Shown one piece after another: positions 39,262 through 52,804 of a stretch of DNA of 64,000 nucleotides (position 1 is the stretch's first letter; each line of letters starts with the position of its first letter). The translations under genes and the position numbers were made by a program. The stretch is from Octopus vulgaris. Taxonomy: Eukaryota. The stretch is taken from contig OX597818.1 of NCBI GenBank assembly GCA_951406725.2, forward strand, positions 32,736,001 through 32,800,000, in the 5' to 3' direction. The notes under the pieces are model-generated. The model did no database searches and was not told the origin of the DNA. It saw nothing but the letters and a program-made list of their open reading frames with translations.

Positions 39262-39652
39262 TATTCTGTTGTGTCTGGGGAGAGTCATTTTCTTTTTGTG
39301 CCTTATAATGTAACACACTCACCGGAAAATTTCCACTTTTTTCTTATTTTTATTTTCCTAAAATTTTCGTTACGTCTTGCAACCTTTTCAATAGTCTTGA
39401 CTCTTGTGTTTATGTATGTGTGTAGGGGCGACGTAGTCATTTACATTCATAGTTTTGTAGAAAAAATTATCAACTTTGTCTTTCAATAGTCTTTTCAATA
39501 GACTTGACAGAGTCAAGACTATTGAAAAGGTTGCAAGACGCAAAGAAAATTTTAGGGAAATAAAAAGAAGAAATAAGTTGAAATTTTACCGGTGAGTGTG
39601 TTACATTATAAGGCACAAAAAGAAAATGACTCTCCCCAGGCACAACAGAATA
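39262..39652. repeat. Fold-back element (arms 39262-39404 / 39509-39652)
   Basis: ~143-bp imperfect inverted arms with a ~104-bp spacer. Confidence 0.9.
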
Positions 39653-39705
39653 CAAAAATTATAGTCGCGATATACATAAACACTTGTAAACAACATCATC
39701 ATGAA

Positions 39706-39740
<35 letters not shown>

Positions 39741-39741
39741 T

Positions 39742-39776
<35 letters not shown>

Positions 39777-40109
39777 ATAATAATAATAATAACGAGAAAA
39801 TTATATCAACGAAATTCTTCCAAAGCTGGGAGTACCTCCCAGGTGTAATCAAGGACCTTCATACATTCAAGATCACCCGACCGTCAAGGCGGACATAATG
39901 TTACTGGCATGTTCATTGTTTGGGAAATGCAGTGAAAAGAGGACAAACTAATCTCATTTATACTTCATATATATGACTTAAATCATTGTATATTTTTGAA
40001 TAAATCTGACGTTTTTCCTTTTCTTCGATTTAATTCTTGGATAGTGATAGATTGGGCAGAACAATACTAAATAACACGCTGAAATATGTCGTATATATAT
40101 ATATATACA

Positions 40110-40511
40110 TAGGCGCAGGAGTGGCTGTGTGGTAAGTAGCTTGCTTACCAACCACATGGTTCCGGGTTCATTCCCACTGCGTGGCATCTTGGGCAAGTAT
40201 CTTCTGCTATAGCCCCGGGCCGAACAATGCCTTGTGAGTGGATTTGGTAGACGGAAACTGAAAGAAGCCCGTAGTATATATGTATATATGTGTGTGTGTG
40301 TGTTTGTGTGTCTGTATTTGTCCCCTAGCATTGCTTGACAACCGATGCTGGTGTGTTTACGTCCCGTCACTTAGCGGTTCGGCAAAAGAGACCGATAAAA
40401 TAAGTACTGGGCTTACAAAGAATAAGTCCCGGGGTCGATTTGCTCGACTAAAGGCGGTGCTCCAGCATGGCCGCAGTCAAATGACTGAAACAAGTAAAAG
40501 AGTAAAAGAGT
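40110..40511 (+). mobile_element. SINE family A
   Basis: Full-length match. Confidence 0.92.
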
Positions 40512-41933
40512 ATATATATGTCTATGTGTGTGTGTGTGTGTGTGTCGGCTGTGTGGCATTTAATAAAAAAATAAGACAAATGAAATAGAACGAAAAAGAA
40601 AAAATAAGATTGCGACAGAAAAGTTTATTTATTGCCCACCGACTGAGTCAACATCGTGAGGTTTTAGACAAAGAATCGGGATAACGAGGAGGATTTACCT
40701 TCAACGGTGAGTATGGAATGCTAATAAGATTGTGAAGGCGTGGATCGTGAACACGCAGACACATACAGGGAAACACGAAAACGCATACAAGCGTGCAGAA
40801 ACAAACACATACACACTCAATTACACATGTCGATTAGCACGTATTTATATGTGTATATAATACCGTTCTGTGTGTAGGTGAATTATGTACATGTCTGTGT
40901 ATGTGTGTACGTATGTGAATCTGTGTATGTGTGTCTATGTGTGTATGTAAATATACTTAGATTAATAGATCTGTCAAGTTTTCTCTCTTCCAATACATAC
41001 ATACATGCACATACACCATACACATACTCACACATACACATTCACCATAAACATACGCACACATACACATACACCATACACATACGCACGCATCTTGGAG
41101 TCAATTTATTTTTCTATTTCTGGACATGATGGAATACTTTGTGATCCGATTTCACTTGACATTCATATGATGAGATTCATACCAATTAATGAACTAAGAC
41201 TCTAAAATTACGCTGAGGCTTCGCCGATGACAATGAAGAAGAAGACGAAGAGGAAGAAGAAGAAGAAGAAGAAGAAGAAGAAGAAGAAGAAGAAGAAGAA
41301 GAAGAAGAAGAAGAAGAAGAAGAAGAAGAAGAAGAAGAAGAAGAAGAAGAAGAAGAAGAAGAAGAAGAAGAAGGTGATGATGATGATGATGATGATGATG
41401 ATGGCTGTGGTGGTGATGGTGATGATGAATATGAGAGTGATAATGGTCGCTTTATATATATATTCTCAGTGTATGCGAATGAATATATAAGTGCTTCCAT
41501 GCCTGAATGTTCACAAGGCAGAATAAATATTTACAAGTGAAATATGGAACTTAAATGCATGTGTATGCATTTGTGTGTGTGTGTGTGTGGGGGGGTTTGC
41601 ATATGCGTGTGAGTGTGCGTGTGTATGTGTGTGTGTGTATGCGCGCATGCGTAAGTTTGTATTACTAGTGTGAAGAATATCGAAATCACACTTCAAAGGC
41701 TAATGAATTTAGTCTTTCTCTCGTGTTGAATTTTTATGAAGACATTTCTGAACGATCAGAAGGCGTTGACCACTAACGTTATTCAATATCCGAATGCAGA
41801 TGTCTAAAGTAGTAGATATTTGCGTTGAATTATAACAAGAGCTGACAGTCTTTCATCCACTTGGATATCGTTCATTACTCCAGCCAGAAATGTTGACATA
41901 CTTACATCATCTAAGACCTTTGCGCGCAGAGAA

Positions 41934-42152
41934 GCACCATTTAACATGACTTCTTAAGTTTTAAGATACATATAGCTAAAGATCTCAAGTTCAGCTTTGT
42001 TTCAAAATCGTTTCTTGCAGCCTTCCCGAAAAATCTTCCCCTGCACCATTTAATATGACTTCCTAAGTTTTAGGATACATATAGCTAAAGATATCAAGTT
42101 CAGATTTGTTTCAAAATCGTTTCTTGTAGCCTTCCCGAAACATCTTACCCTG
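41934..42152. repeat. 109-bp tandem duplication
   Basis: GCACCATTTAAYATGACTTC... at 41934 and 42043. Confidence 0.9.
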
Positions 42153-42640
42153 TGCTACAATTATTATGTAGCAGTCTTTTTGGCAGGCGATGGACTATAA
42201 TGATATTAGCTGCCTGTCTTTCTCATCCTAGCAGTAATTGCTTCAGCATGATTCAGATGATGGACGTTTAGCTTATGTAAATACAACAGAATCTGTAATT
42301 ATCTCCTGAAATTGACGCGTTGATCTACAGTCTGTCAATAAGATCCGCCTTCACTCTCAACCAGTCAATTGTCACTCTCCATTATTTACATTTCGACTGC
42401 CGAATGCTTAATGTACGATTTCTGCAAACTATGGAATGGTAAGAGGAGTATTGAAGCGGGGGGAGTAATATATAGGATAAACTGTAGTCACATCACAGCT
42501 GGTTTGCGATTAGAATTATCCTGAGTAGTGCTGCATTCACTGAGGTGGCTAGTAAAATAGACTGTCACTTCGTGCAAGCGAGGAGCAATTACACTGCACG
42601 CAGGCATAGCTGTGTAGTAAGAAACTTGCTTCTTCCCAAC

Positions 42641-43075
42641 AAGGCGGCGAGCTGGCAGAAACGTTAGCACGTCGGGTGAAATGCTTAGCGGTATTTCGTC
42701 CGCCGTTACGTTCTGAGTTCAAATTCCGCTTAGGTCGACTTTGCCTTTCATCCTTTCGGGGTCGATAAATTAAGTACCAGTTACGCACTGGGGTCGATAA
42801 AATCGACTTAATACCTATGTCTGTCCTTGTTTGTCCTCTCTGTGTTTAGCCCCTTGTGGGTAGTAAAGAAATAGGTATTTCGTCTGCCGTTTCGTTCTGA
42901 GTTCAAATTCCGCCGAGGTCGACTTTGCCTTTCGGGTCGACTTTGCCTTTCGAGGTCGACTTTTCGGGGTCGATAAATTAAGTACCAGTTACGCACTGGG
43001 GTCGATGTAATCGACTTGATCCCTTTGTCGGTCTTTGTTTGTCCTCTCTAGGTTTGGCCCCTTGTGGGCAATAAA
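42641..43075 (+). mobile_element. SINE family B dimer
   Basis: Flanked by duplicated TAAGAAACTTGCTTC(TT)CCCAAC; internal GGTCGACTTTGCCTTTC stutter. Confidence 0.9.
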
Positions 43076-43218
43076 TAAGAAACTTGCTTCCCAACCACAT
43101 GGTTCGGGGTCCAGTCCCACTGCGTGACACACTGACCGAGTGTCTTCTACTATAGCATCAGGCCAACTAAAGCCTTGTGAGTGGATTTGGCAGACAAAAG
43201 CTGAAAGAAGCCCGTCGT

Positions 43219-43251
<33 letters not shown>

Positions 43252-43253
<2 letters not shown>

Positions 43254-43687
43254 TAAGAAAGTTTGTTTGGTAAAGCACGTGGGTGAATATATAAGAAAAT
43301 AGTAAAGAGTGAAAAAACGACAGAAGGCTTAAATGTTAAAAAATATATATATTTGCGTCAAAATGTCTGGAGAATATTGGAAAAATTTTTTCCTTTCCTT
43401 AAAATGACATAATTTTATAATTTTTAAAGAAATACCGGTTTCGCAGTTAGCTCTTCAAATTTCTTGTGACTTAATGTTTATTTTTAATAACGTAAAACAT
43501 TAAGTCACAAGAAATTTGAAGAGCTAACTGCGAAACCGGTATTTCTTTAAAAATTATAAAATTATGTCATTTTAAGGAAAGGAAAAATTTTTTCCAATAT
43601 TCTCCAGACATTTTGACGCAAATATATATATTTTTTAACATTTAAGCCTTCTGTCGTTTTTTCACTCTTTACTATTTTCTTATATAT
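43252..43687. mobile_element. Young fold-back element (arms 43287-43479 / 43495-43687) in (TA)n, with a hammerhead-like motif
   Basis: ~193-bp near-perfect arms, 15-nt loop; AAGAAAU UUGAAGA GC UAACU GC GAAA CCGG UA UUUCUU at 43509-43547. Confidence 0.85.
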
Positions 43688-43698
43688 ATATATATATA

Positions 43699-44526
43699 TA
43701 TACAATATGTTACATTACTCGGTAGTCAAGATAAAACTCTGAGTTTCAGATGCCGAAGTGGAAATCCACAACACCATCTCTTCGGTTATCTGGCTATTTG
43801 AAAACGTTATGAAAAAATACCGTTAAATAAAGGGAAATTACTCTGTTATAACTCTGCTTGCCTGCATACTTATACATCGCTCGCATTTTTCGTCATAAAA
43901 ATTATATAAAAATACATAAAAAATATATTAAAAAAATATATAAAAATATATAAAAATATATAAATTCTTCTTGGGACATAACATAGAAAGCATGTTCTAT
44001 CTGTTTTCTTTAGGGACCAAAAACGTAACAGAAATTTAGTCACATGTGGGCATGATCCGAAAAGCTCTGTCCTTGTATTTAGACATGTAGTAGGGTCTAA
44101 ATACAAGGACAGAGCTTTTCGGATCATGCCCACATGTGACTAAATTTCTGTTACGTTTTTGGTCCCCTAAAGAAAACAGATAGAACATGCTTTCTATGTT
44201 ATGTCCCAAGAAGAATTTATATATTTTTTTAATATATTTTTTATGTATTTTTATATAATTTTTATGACGAAAAATGCGAGCGATGTATAAGTACGCAGGC
44301 AAGCAGAGTTATAACAGAGTAATTTCCCTTTATTTAACGGTATTTTTCATAACGTTTTCAAATAGCCAGATAACCGAAGAGATGGTGTTGTGGATTTCCA
44401 CTTCGGCATCTGAAACTCAGAGTTTTATCTTGACTACCGAGTAATGTAACATATTGTATAGATAAATTTCCTCTATTTACATAATATTGAGGTCTCTTTC
44501 TTTCTTTTGTTATCTTACCGTTTTAT

Positions 44527-44529
<3 letters not shown>
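43699..44529. mobile_element. Young fold-back element (arms 43699-44084 / 44095-44460) in (TA)n, with a hammerhead-like motif
   Basis: ~370-bp arms, 10-nt loop; the right copy extends ~70 bp further to (TA)n. Confidence 0.88.
44368..44430 (+). ncRNA. Type-I hammerhead-ribozyme-like motif (mirror copy at 43729-43791, minus)
   Basis: AGAUAA CCGAAGA GAUG...CAUC U GAAA CUCAGAG UU UUAUCU: 6-bp stem I, stem II, near-palindromic stem III, GUU site. Confidence 0.6.
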
Positions 44530-44600
<71 letters not shown>

Positions 44601-45164
44601 ATTTATGTATGTATGTATGTATGTATGTATGTATGTATGTATGTATGTATGTGTGTGTGTGTGTTTGTATTTGTGTCTTTGTGCCAATGTTTGTACCCAA
44701 CCACGGCTTGACAACCGGTGTTAGTGTGTTTATGTCAACGTAACTTGCCGTCCGGCAAAAAAGTTGATAGAATAAACAAGAAGCTTCAAAAAAAATAAGT
44801 ATTGGGTCGATACATTCGACTAAAAAATTTTCAAAGTGGTGCCCCAACATGGCCGCAGTCTAATGACTGAAACATGTAAAAGATAAAAGATAAAATATGC
44901 ATCGCCATGCAGTTCAGGTCTGAAGTTACAGTTACCAACGCAACAAGATTTACTGCTATGCCATTTGTCTATTCCGTCAATGGATTTAGACGATGAAAGC
45001 GAATGGTATATATTAGGAAGGATAGAAAAGGAGAAGTTAAACTGTTCGGTATTTTAAGATTTAAAGAGGAGAAAACGTCACATACACATGAGATTAAGAA
45101 GCTAGATATAGCAACAGGCTAAACTCATGAGGAGAGTCTGATGCAGAAGAAAACTATGATATAT

Positions 45165-45586
45165 TCTCTCTGTTACTCTTTTACTTGTTTCAGTCATTTG
45201 ACTGCGGCCATGCTGGAGCACTACCTTTTAGTCGAGCAACTCGACCCCGGGACTTATTCTTTTGTAAGCCCAGTACTTATTCTATCGGGTCTCTTTTGCC
45301 GAACCGCTAAGTGACGGGGGACGTAAACACACCAGCATCGGTTGTCAAGCAATGCTAGGGGGACAAACACAGACACACAAACATATACACACACACACAC
45401 TTATATATATATACATATATACGACAGGCTTCTTTCAGTTTCCGTCTACCAAATCCACTCACAAGGCATTGGTCGGCCCGGGGCTATAGCAAAAGACACT
45501 TGCCCAAGATGCCACGCAGTGGGACTGAACCCGGAAACATGCGGTTGGTTAGCAAGCTACTTACCACACAGCCACTCCTGCGCCTA
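45165..45586 (-). mobile_element. SINE family A
   Basis: Family match. Confidence 0.92.
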
Positions 45587-46276
45587 TTGCATGTTTTTAT
45601 TCCTGTCTTCTATGTTGGCCTTTGTATTTGTTGTTATTTTCGTTGTTCATCTTACGTCAACCATAAAAGTTCAAGTAGCAGCCTGTTGGATTATTCCACT
45701 TATATTATTCAATGTGTCATTTCATTCTTTAAGAAGATGGAGATGACATGAGGGGACATTAGTTGCTATCGCTAGCAATTAGAGTGAAACTGTGGAAGCT
45801 CGTTCGATTGTAAATTTTCTGCTAGCTACAATGGCTTCTGTGTAGTTGATTTTAAATATTCTTTGATAGAAAAGCCCCCAATTCATCAACTGTCAGTGAT
45901 CCTTATTTGTTTAAGCCAATCTCCCAGGTTAAGGACCATATATGAATGCTTACCCAGTAAAAGACACGTAGTAAAATTACAATGGAAACCCCGCCACTCC
46001 CCAAAAGGGAAGAAAGAACGTATGCATACATTCTCACAAGTTATAAGAAAGTTGATGATAATAATAATTATGATAGTTTCAAATTTTGGCACAAGGCCAG
46101 AAATTTCGGAGGAGGGAGTTAAGTCGATTACGTCGAGTCCACTGTTCGACTGTAGTTAATCAATCGACTCCGAAAGGATGAAAGGCAAAGAACGGGAACA
46201 CCGACGAAATGCCACCGGGCGTTTTACCCGGTGTTCGAATGATTCTGCCAGGCTTACAGCCGTGATGATGATGACG

Positions 46277-46332
<56 letters not shown>

Positions 46333-46337
46333 CATAA

Positions 46338-46404
<67 letters not shown>

Positions 46405-46429
46405 CATTATTATTATCATTATTATCATT

Positions 46430-46476
<47 letters not shown>

Positions 46477-46483
<7 letters not shown>

Positions 46484-46640
46484 ACAGAAAATTGCACTAC
46501 TGGGCACTACACACATCATACGCAAAACATTTTTAATACAGTAACTACCAGAGCATCACAACAAATCTGAGCATATACCCAAGTCACACAGAGCTGCGCT
46601 CGGTAGTGAAGTGTAAGCACGCTATAAAAATAAAACTACT
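46477..46640 (+). mobile_element. Extreme 3' end of a Dong/R4-clade element with (AAT)n tail
   Basis: NIQKIALLGTTHIIRKTF, then 3'UTR and AATAAT. Confidence 0.75.
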
Positions 46641-46749
46641 GAATAATAATAATAATGACAACAACAACAACAACAATAAAAATGAAGTAATAATAAGATT
46701 TTTACACAGTAGTATGGCCAAGTGGAATACACGTCTCCTTCTAAAGCAT

Positions 46750-47765
46750 AGTAATGGGACGAGACAATCTAACATCAACATCTCCCCATTTCTCTTATGC
46801 ATTTCTCTTATGCATGGCACCGATCCCACTCTCAAACGAATTGAATAACACCAGGTATAAGTTCAAAGTTCATAATACGACAATAAACCATCTGTTTTAT
46901 ATGGACGATCTGAAGCTGTATTGCCGAGCTAGCAGGACTGCTAACAACTGTTACAGATTTTCAGCCATTACATCGGGATGGCCTTTGGCCTTGATAAGTG
47001 TGCTAAAGCAACTTTTGTAAAAGGTAAGCTCAGGCAAACAGCTTCCATTAAATTAGATACCTACGCTACTATCAAGGATAAACGAAGGAGATGGTATACA
47101 ATATGATACTGTGAAAGAGAAAAATAAGAAAGGAGTATTACAGAAGAATAAGACTCATACTGAAAACTGAACTCAACTCCAAAAATCGTATCGAAGCCAT
47201 TAACACCATGGCACTTCCAGTAGTCCAATAATGTTCTAACATCATTAACTGGAATCTTACAGGGCTCCAACGCCTGGACAGGAAGATAAGAAAACTACTA
47301 ACTTCTAAGAACATGCACCACCCAAAAGCAGGTGTTGATCGTCTTTACCTACCTATACGTAATGGGGTATGAGGAATGAAGCAGGTAGAAGTGAGCCATA
47401 ATGCCTCCACAGTAGCAATGAACAGGTACTTATATAGGGCAGAGAACTGGACGCTGCGGTTTGTGTGCAAACACTAAAGCAGCAAAAAGTCACCTTCTAT
47501 TGTCAAGGAACCTTTCAAATTCGCAAGAGAACTTGGCATTAACCCTGAATTAGATGAAGAACCTGGAACCACTGCCACATAACAAGCAAAATGGATCAAA
47601 CGGACTGCAATAAAAGAATGAGAAGAGAGAAATTGAGGAACAGTGGAGCCAGAAGCCTCTAAATGCTGATGTAGATCAAGCAACAACCCATCAGTGACTG
47701 AGAAGTTCAAGACTGAAAACAGAGACTGGAGTTTTCATATTGGTGGCACAAGATCAAAGCTTAAT
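46750..47765 (+). pseudogene. Dong/R4-clade reverse transcriptase relic
   Basis: INHLFYMDDLKLY...GMAFGLDKCAK...EYYRRIRLILKTELNSKNRIEAINTMALPV...MHHPKAGVDRLYLP...AQDQSL, with stops and frameshifts. Confidence 0.9.
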
Positions 47766-48002
47766 TGTCAACATTTTGTGTGTCTTCAACAGGATTGAGG
47801 CATATAGATTTAAAAGTATAGATTCGAAATTAAAAGAAGAGTGCCATTATAATCTTCTTTTAATTTTGACTCTATATCTTCTAGAGGAGTTACCTCAATC
47901 CTTATTATATTAACCAAAACGAAGTAGATTGACAAAATTATTCTTTTGAACCTGTTGAAGACAAACAAGATGTCGAAATATCGTTCGCAAGATGACAACG
48001 GC

Positions 48003-48006
<4 letters not shown>
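47765..48006. mobile_element. Second locus of the ~150-bp hammerhead-bearing unit, as an inverted junction, abutting (ATT)n
   Basis: 47853-48006 is the reverse complement of the 12143 unit and 47765-47850 a deleted forward copy; GAAC CUGUUGAA GACA..UGUC GAAA UAUC GUUC at 47948-47986. Confidence 0.7.
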
Positions 48007-48078
<72 letters not shown>

Positions 48079-49132
48079 GCTGTTGTTGTTGTTGTTATTG
48101 TTCTTATTGTTGTTGTCGTTGTTGTTATTATACATGTGTGTGTGTATGCGTTCATGAATGAGTGGGTGAATCTTGTAAGTATCATACACGCAGGTATAAA
48201 TTGATACGGAAATTCTTGCGTGGAATATCCAACTGCTTTGAACACTTTTGTCTCCTCCCCATAACATTTTTTTTTGTTTTCACTGCCTTTATTCTTCTTT
48301 CTAATTTTTTTTTCTCCTCACCATTTACCTATCCGTTTCCTTCGATTTCTTTATTCGCAAGCGTGACTAGATAATCATCTTCATTTTTTTTTTTTAGAAA
48401 ATAATTTATTCATATCAAGTAAACAAAATATATCACCCTTAGCACTAACCGCAACCAACAGCAAAAAAGCAAAAAGAACCACCTCTGCCATCATCATGGC
48501 CACCACTAACAACAACCTCATGAACATCAACAACAAAACGAACAACCAAAACCCAGAAAAAAGTTACTATATAGGTTAAATTAAATGAACCCAAAATTGT
48601 ATATAAAAAGAAACGGTGTGATAGTAGTTTCACAAGTAAGTATGCGTGTTCATTTTCGTTGAAACGTTAAAATTCTCCCACAAAGTCCCTGACAAAATAT
48701 AATCGATTTGCCAGTCAAATCTCACAATCCTGCCATCTATAAATATTTCCTTCTGTGCAATCCCACGGCGCGAAGGTTTCGCTTTTCATTTACGAAGTCA
48801 AGGTATAGATATAGAAAGTGAATATCGAAAATAATAACTAATAACTATTTTTGATCTCTCTCTCTCTTTGACTTCTCCCTATAAATAAATGAACTGGATG
48901 AGAATTTATATAGACAGATAAGCATAGCACATACGTATAAGTGTGTGTATATGTATGTGTATGTTTGTGTTCCATATCTGTGTACGAGGTTTCATCAATA
49001 GACAGCGAAAGTGAGATAGAACGTTACAACTTAGTGCGCATGCACAGCGGAGTTCAAGGTCAATCTTTGCCAAGCGGCTTTACTCTGCATGCTTTAGTTT
49101 GGTTACTATAGCAACAGTCCGGATACTCATTG

Positions 49133-49562
49133 AACCTTCCAGCCTGGCTCGTTCCTCCGCTCCCGTCTACGCTACCCTACTTGCTCTTACCTCCGCAACA
49201 CCACCTTCCTCACAGGCACCCATCATCGGCCCGAGCATATCACAAACTCCTTTACCTGCACTTCTACCAACGTCATCGACTGCATCTCCTGCTCTCTCTG
49301 ACCTTCTCTATACATCGGTCAAGCGGGACGCCACTTGGCTGATCGATTCGCGAAACACCTCCGTGACATCAGGCTCAGCAACGACACCCCGGTCTCGCGG
49401 AATTTCCGCTCTACCGGTCACTCTTTACAACACTTGTCTTTGTTCGGATTGTCCTTGCACAGGGGCCATCCGTAAAAGACTTTCTCACTTACCGAGCGTT
49501 AAAATAATACATCTGTTTGTTGTTTACACACCCATTTTTGTCTTTTGTGTTTTTGTAAATTC

Positions 49563-49566
<4 letters not shown>
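49133..49566 (+). pseudogene. Penelope-like GIY-YIG endonuclease fragment plus terminal sequence running into (TA)n
   Basis: Frame from 49239: ITNSFTCTSTNVIDCISCSL*PSLYIGQAGRHLADRFAKHLRDIRLSNDTPVSRNFRSTGHSL (Neptune-type GIY-YIG). Confidence 0.88.
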
Positions 49567-49599
<33 letters not shown>

Positions 49600-49654
49600 A
49601 GAATTTACAAAAATGTGTGTGTGTGTGTGTATGGGACACACACACACACATAAC

Positions 49655-50052
49655 TGTTTTACCTACTAGTTAGTCTGTACATATCGCAAAATATAAAAGG
49701 CATAATACAAGAGTATAAAAAGTTATTTTGAAAGGATTTATTCGGACTACTTTCGTATTCACTTTTCTATGATAGGTATTTTAAAACATTTACAAAATAA
49801 TATATAAAACAATAAATATGTTTGTCATCGACAATCGAAATCTGAATAAAACCTTAAAATCAAAAATATGCAACAATTGCAGAAAAATTATAGATACTAT
49901 ACTTTTTGAATTTTATTTTTAAAACGTCTTAATATCTATTATAGAAAAATGTTTACGAAAGTTATCTAAAGAAATCCTTCAAATAATTTCCTCGTATTAT
50001 TATATTACACTATATAGGTTTTACGATATCAATTGATTAACTAGTAAACAAG
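49655..50052. repeat. Old AT-rich fold-back/MITE with ~140-bp degenerate TIRs
   Basis: TACTAGTTA...TTATTTTGAAAGGATTT...ACTTTCGTA...TTTTCTATGATAG mirrored at 49910-50046. Confidence 0.7.
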
Positions 50053-50193
50053 ATAGATTTTTTTAAAATTCACATTGTTTCTATATTTATATCGTACATG
50101 TTCTATAGGAAATGAGCGTATATGTGAACACATCTATGGATGTTTATATGGATATGCATAAAGATGGACATTAACTGGTTTACCTGTGAAAAT

Positions 50194-50581
50194 TTTGGAA
50201 GCACTCCGTCGGTTACGACGACGAGGGTTCCGGTTGATCCGAATCAACGGAACAGCCTGCTCGTGAAATTAACGTGTAAGTGACTGAGCACTCCACAGAC
50301 ACGTGTACCCTTAACGTAGTTCTCGGGGATATTCAGCGTGACACAGAGAGTGACAAGGCCGGCTCTTTGAAATACAGGTACAACAGAAACAGGAAGTAAG
50401 AGTGAGAGAAAGTTGTGGTGAAAGAGTACAGCAGGGATCACCACCATCCCCTGCCGGAGACTCGTGGAGCTTTTAGGTGTTTTCGCTCAATAAACACTCA
50501 CAATGCCCGGTCTGGGAATCGAAACCGCGATCCTATGACCGCGAGTCCGCTGCCCTAACCACTGGGCCATTGCGCCTCCAC
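50194..50581 (-). mobile_element. SINE family C, full length
   Basis: Matches the 27039 copy; TSD ACCTGTGAAAAT at 50182-50193 and 50582-50593. Confidence 0.92.
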
Positions 50582-51545
50582 ACCTGTGAAAATAGGAATT
50601 ATAGGGAAAAAGCATAACTTGAAATCCACTCATGAGAAACAAACCATGAATGTTTTGTAAACCGAGAAAATACATTATATCATTATATTCTTAAGCAAAT
50701 ACCTGATTTCACTCGTTTTTAGATTTATTTTGTTTGTTTTTGCTTTTTTATAATAGATATTTATTCATTTTAAAGTCCTAAAATGCTCCTTACACAAAAA
50801 GGTTTTATTGTGGAATCAAAGAAAAGCATCTAAAAGGAAATGTTTAAATAAATATCAGCATTTTTCTCTAGCATTTTCGTTCGTTCGTTCGTTCCTGCTA
50901 TTGTTACTTGTAAGTGTCAGCTTCTCTTGTGAAGAATGTTTTGTTTAACTTCAGGCGGAAGTTGTTCATTAATTGGGAAAGAAGAAATTCATTTTGAGAA
51001 AAAGGAAACTATTTATCAAAAGAGCATATTCTCTTTTTCTACCAATTTGAGAATAAGCAATTACAAATGAAAAGAATTTACATCGAAGTGAAAATCTATT
51101 CCAGAAGTCAAGAAGTGAGAAAACGAAACAATGTTTTCTTTTGAAAGCATTCGTCTTATTAAAGCCTGGAAATATAGAACATTATCAAGCAACGAGAACA
51201 AAGTGAAAGAAGGACTTTGAAGTGAAATAACACAAGGAATTGATTAAACCTTTCTCAGATGACCGAACTTCGTCAAGTGTTTTTACTAGAACATCACAGA
51301 ACTTATGCCAAATTTACAAATTTTATTTATACATTTTTAATCCCCAAAATGGAGACAATAGAGTTTCGTCTCAATGACGATGTGGTGTATAAATAAAGAG
51401 TCTCATCCGATCTTATTCTTTTCTTTTTAAAATTATTTTCTTAGTTAATCTATTAGGTGTTGGTGTTTTTTTTGTCTATATATTTAAGTTCTTCGTGGTT
51501 ATTTGTATTTATTTTATTTAGAAGTCAATGTAAAAGAAGGAATAG

Positions 51546-51623
<78 letters not shown>

Positions 51624-51735
51624 GTGTGCGTGCGTCTGTGTGTGTGTGTGTGTGTGTACATATATATATATATATATAATACATATAAATACACACATAT
51701 ATATACATGCACACATACACACTCACACAGATACG

Positions 51736-51835
<100 letters not shown>

Positions 51836-52014
51836 TGGAAATACACATTTATATTAACAGCTTCGCTAAATTTCGAACTTGGGTATATTCCACTGTAACA
51901 TTTTTTCGAAAGGTTAATGTTCAGGTTTTCTTCGTAGGATCAGTTCATTCTCATAAAATAGTGCTTTTCACTTTTTTGCCATTATTATGCTTTAATGATA
52001 AACACACACGCACA

Positions 52015-52084
<70 letters not shown>

Positions 52085-52441
52085 TATATCTCCAACACCT
52101 TTACCTTTTTCAGATATTGGATGAAAGATATGCTCGAGTTCAAGCTTGAAAGATTTAAGACAGCGTGTGTTTTGTTCTTGAGCTATAGTACTTGATGGTT
52201 CATATAGGTAAAAAAAAAAAAATCCCACCTGATCGCTCGAACGCTTATTTCTGAGTCATGAGGCGATCATATCTTCGAGATAAGGCAGTAAATTATGGGA
52301 TAGTTAATGACAACTTTTCTCAGAATCTACATGGCTCATGCGATTGGTATGGCACCCCAGGCTGGTGCTGAATGGGAAGAAACTCAAGTACGGCTATAAA
52401 TTACTTTGGTTAGAATTTTCAGTGAAATATTTGTAAAATAT

Positions 52442-52568
52442 CCTGGGCTCGACTAAAGGCGTTGCTCCACCATGGCCGCAGTCAAAATGACTGAAACAAG
52501 TAAAAGAGTATATATATATATATACATACATACATACACACATACATACATACACGCATATATACACA

Positions 52569-52611
<43 letters not shown>

Positions 52612-52773
52612 GCGCAGGAGTGGCTGTGTGGTAAGTAGCTTGCTAACCAACCACATGGTTCCGGGTTCAGTCCCACTGCGTGGCACCTTGGGCAAGTGTC
52701 TTCTGCTATAGCCCCGGGTCGACCAATGCCTTGTGAGTGGATTTGGTAGACGGAAACTGAAAGAAGCCTGTCG

Positions 52774-52804
<31 letters not shown>

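Larger units (their letters stand above)
42599..44894 (+). mobile_element. Older SINE family A host copy containing a nested SINE B dimer and two fold-backs
   Basis: Head 42599-42640, body 43077-43220, tail 44660-44894. Confidence 0.8.

Noticed and set aside
41700-42480. Possible RTE-type RT relic on the minus strand
   Set aside because: Only faint motif echoes; just the 109-bp tandem duplication is supportable
49099-49653. 184-aa ORF as a gene
   Set aside because: The recognisable GIY-YIG peptide is in another, stop-interrupted frame; this ORF ends in microsatellite
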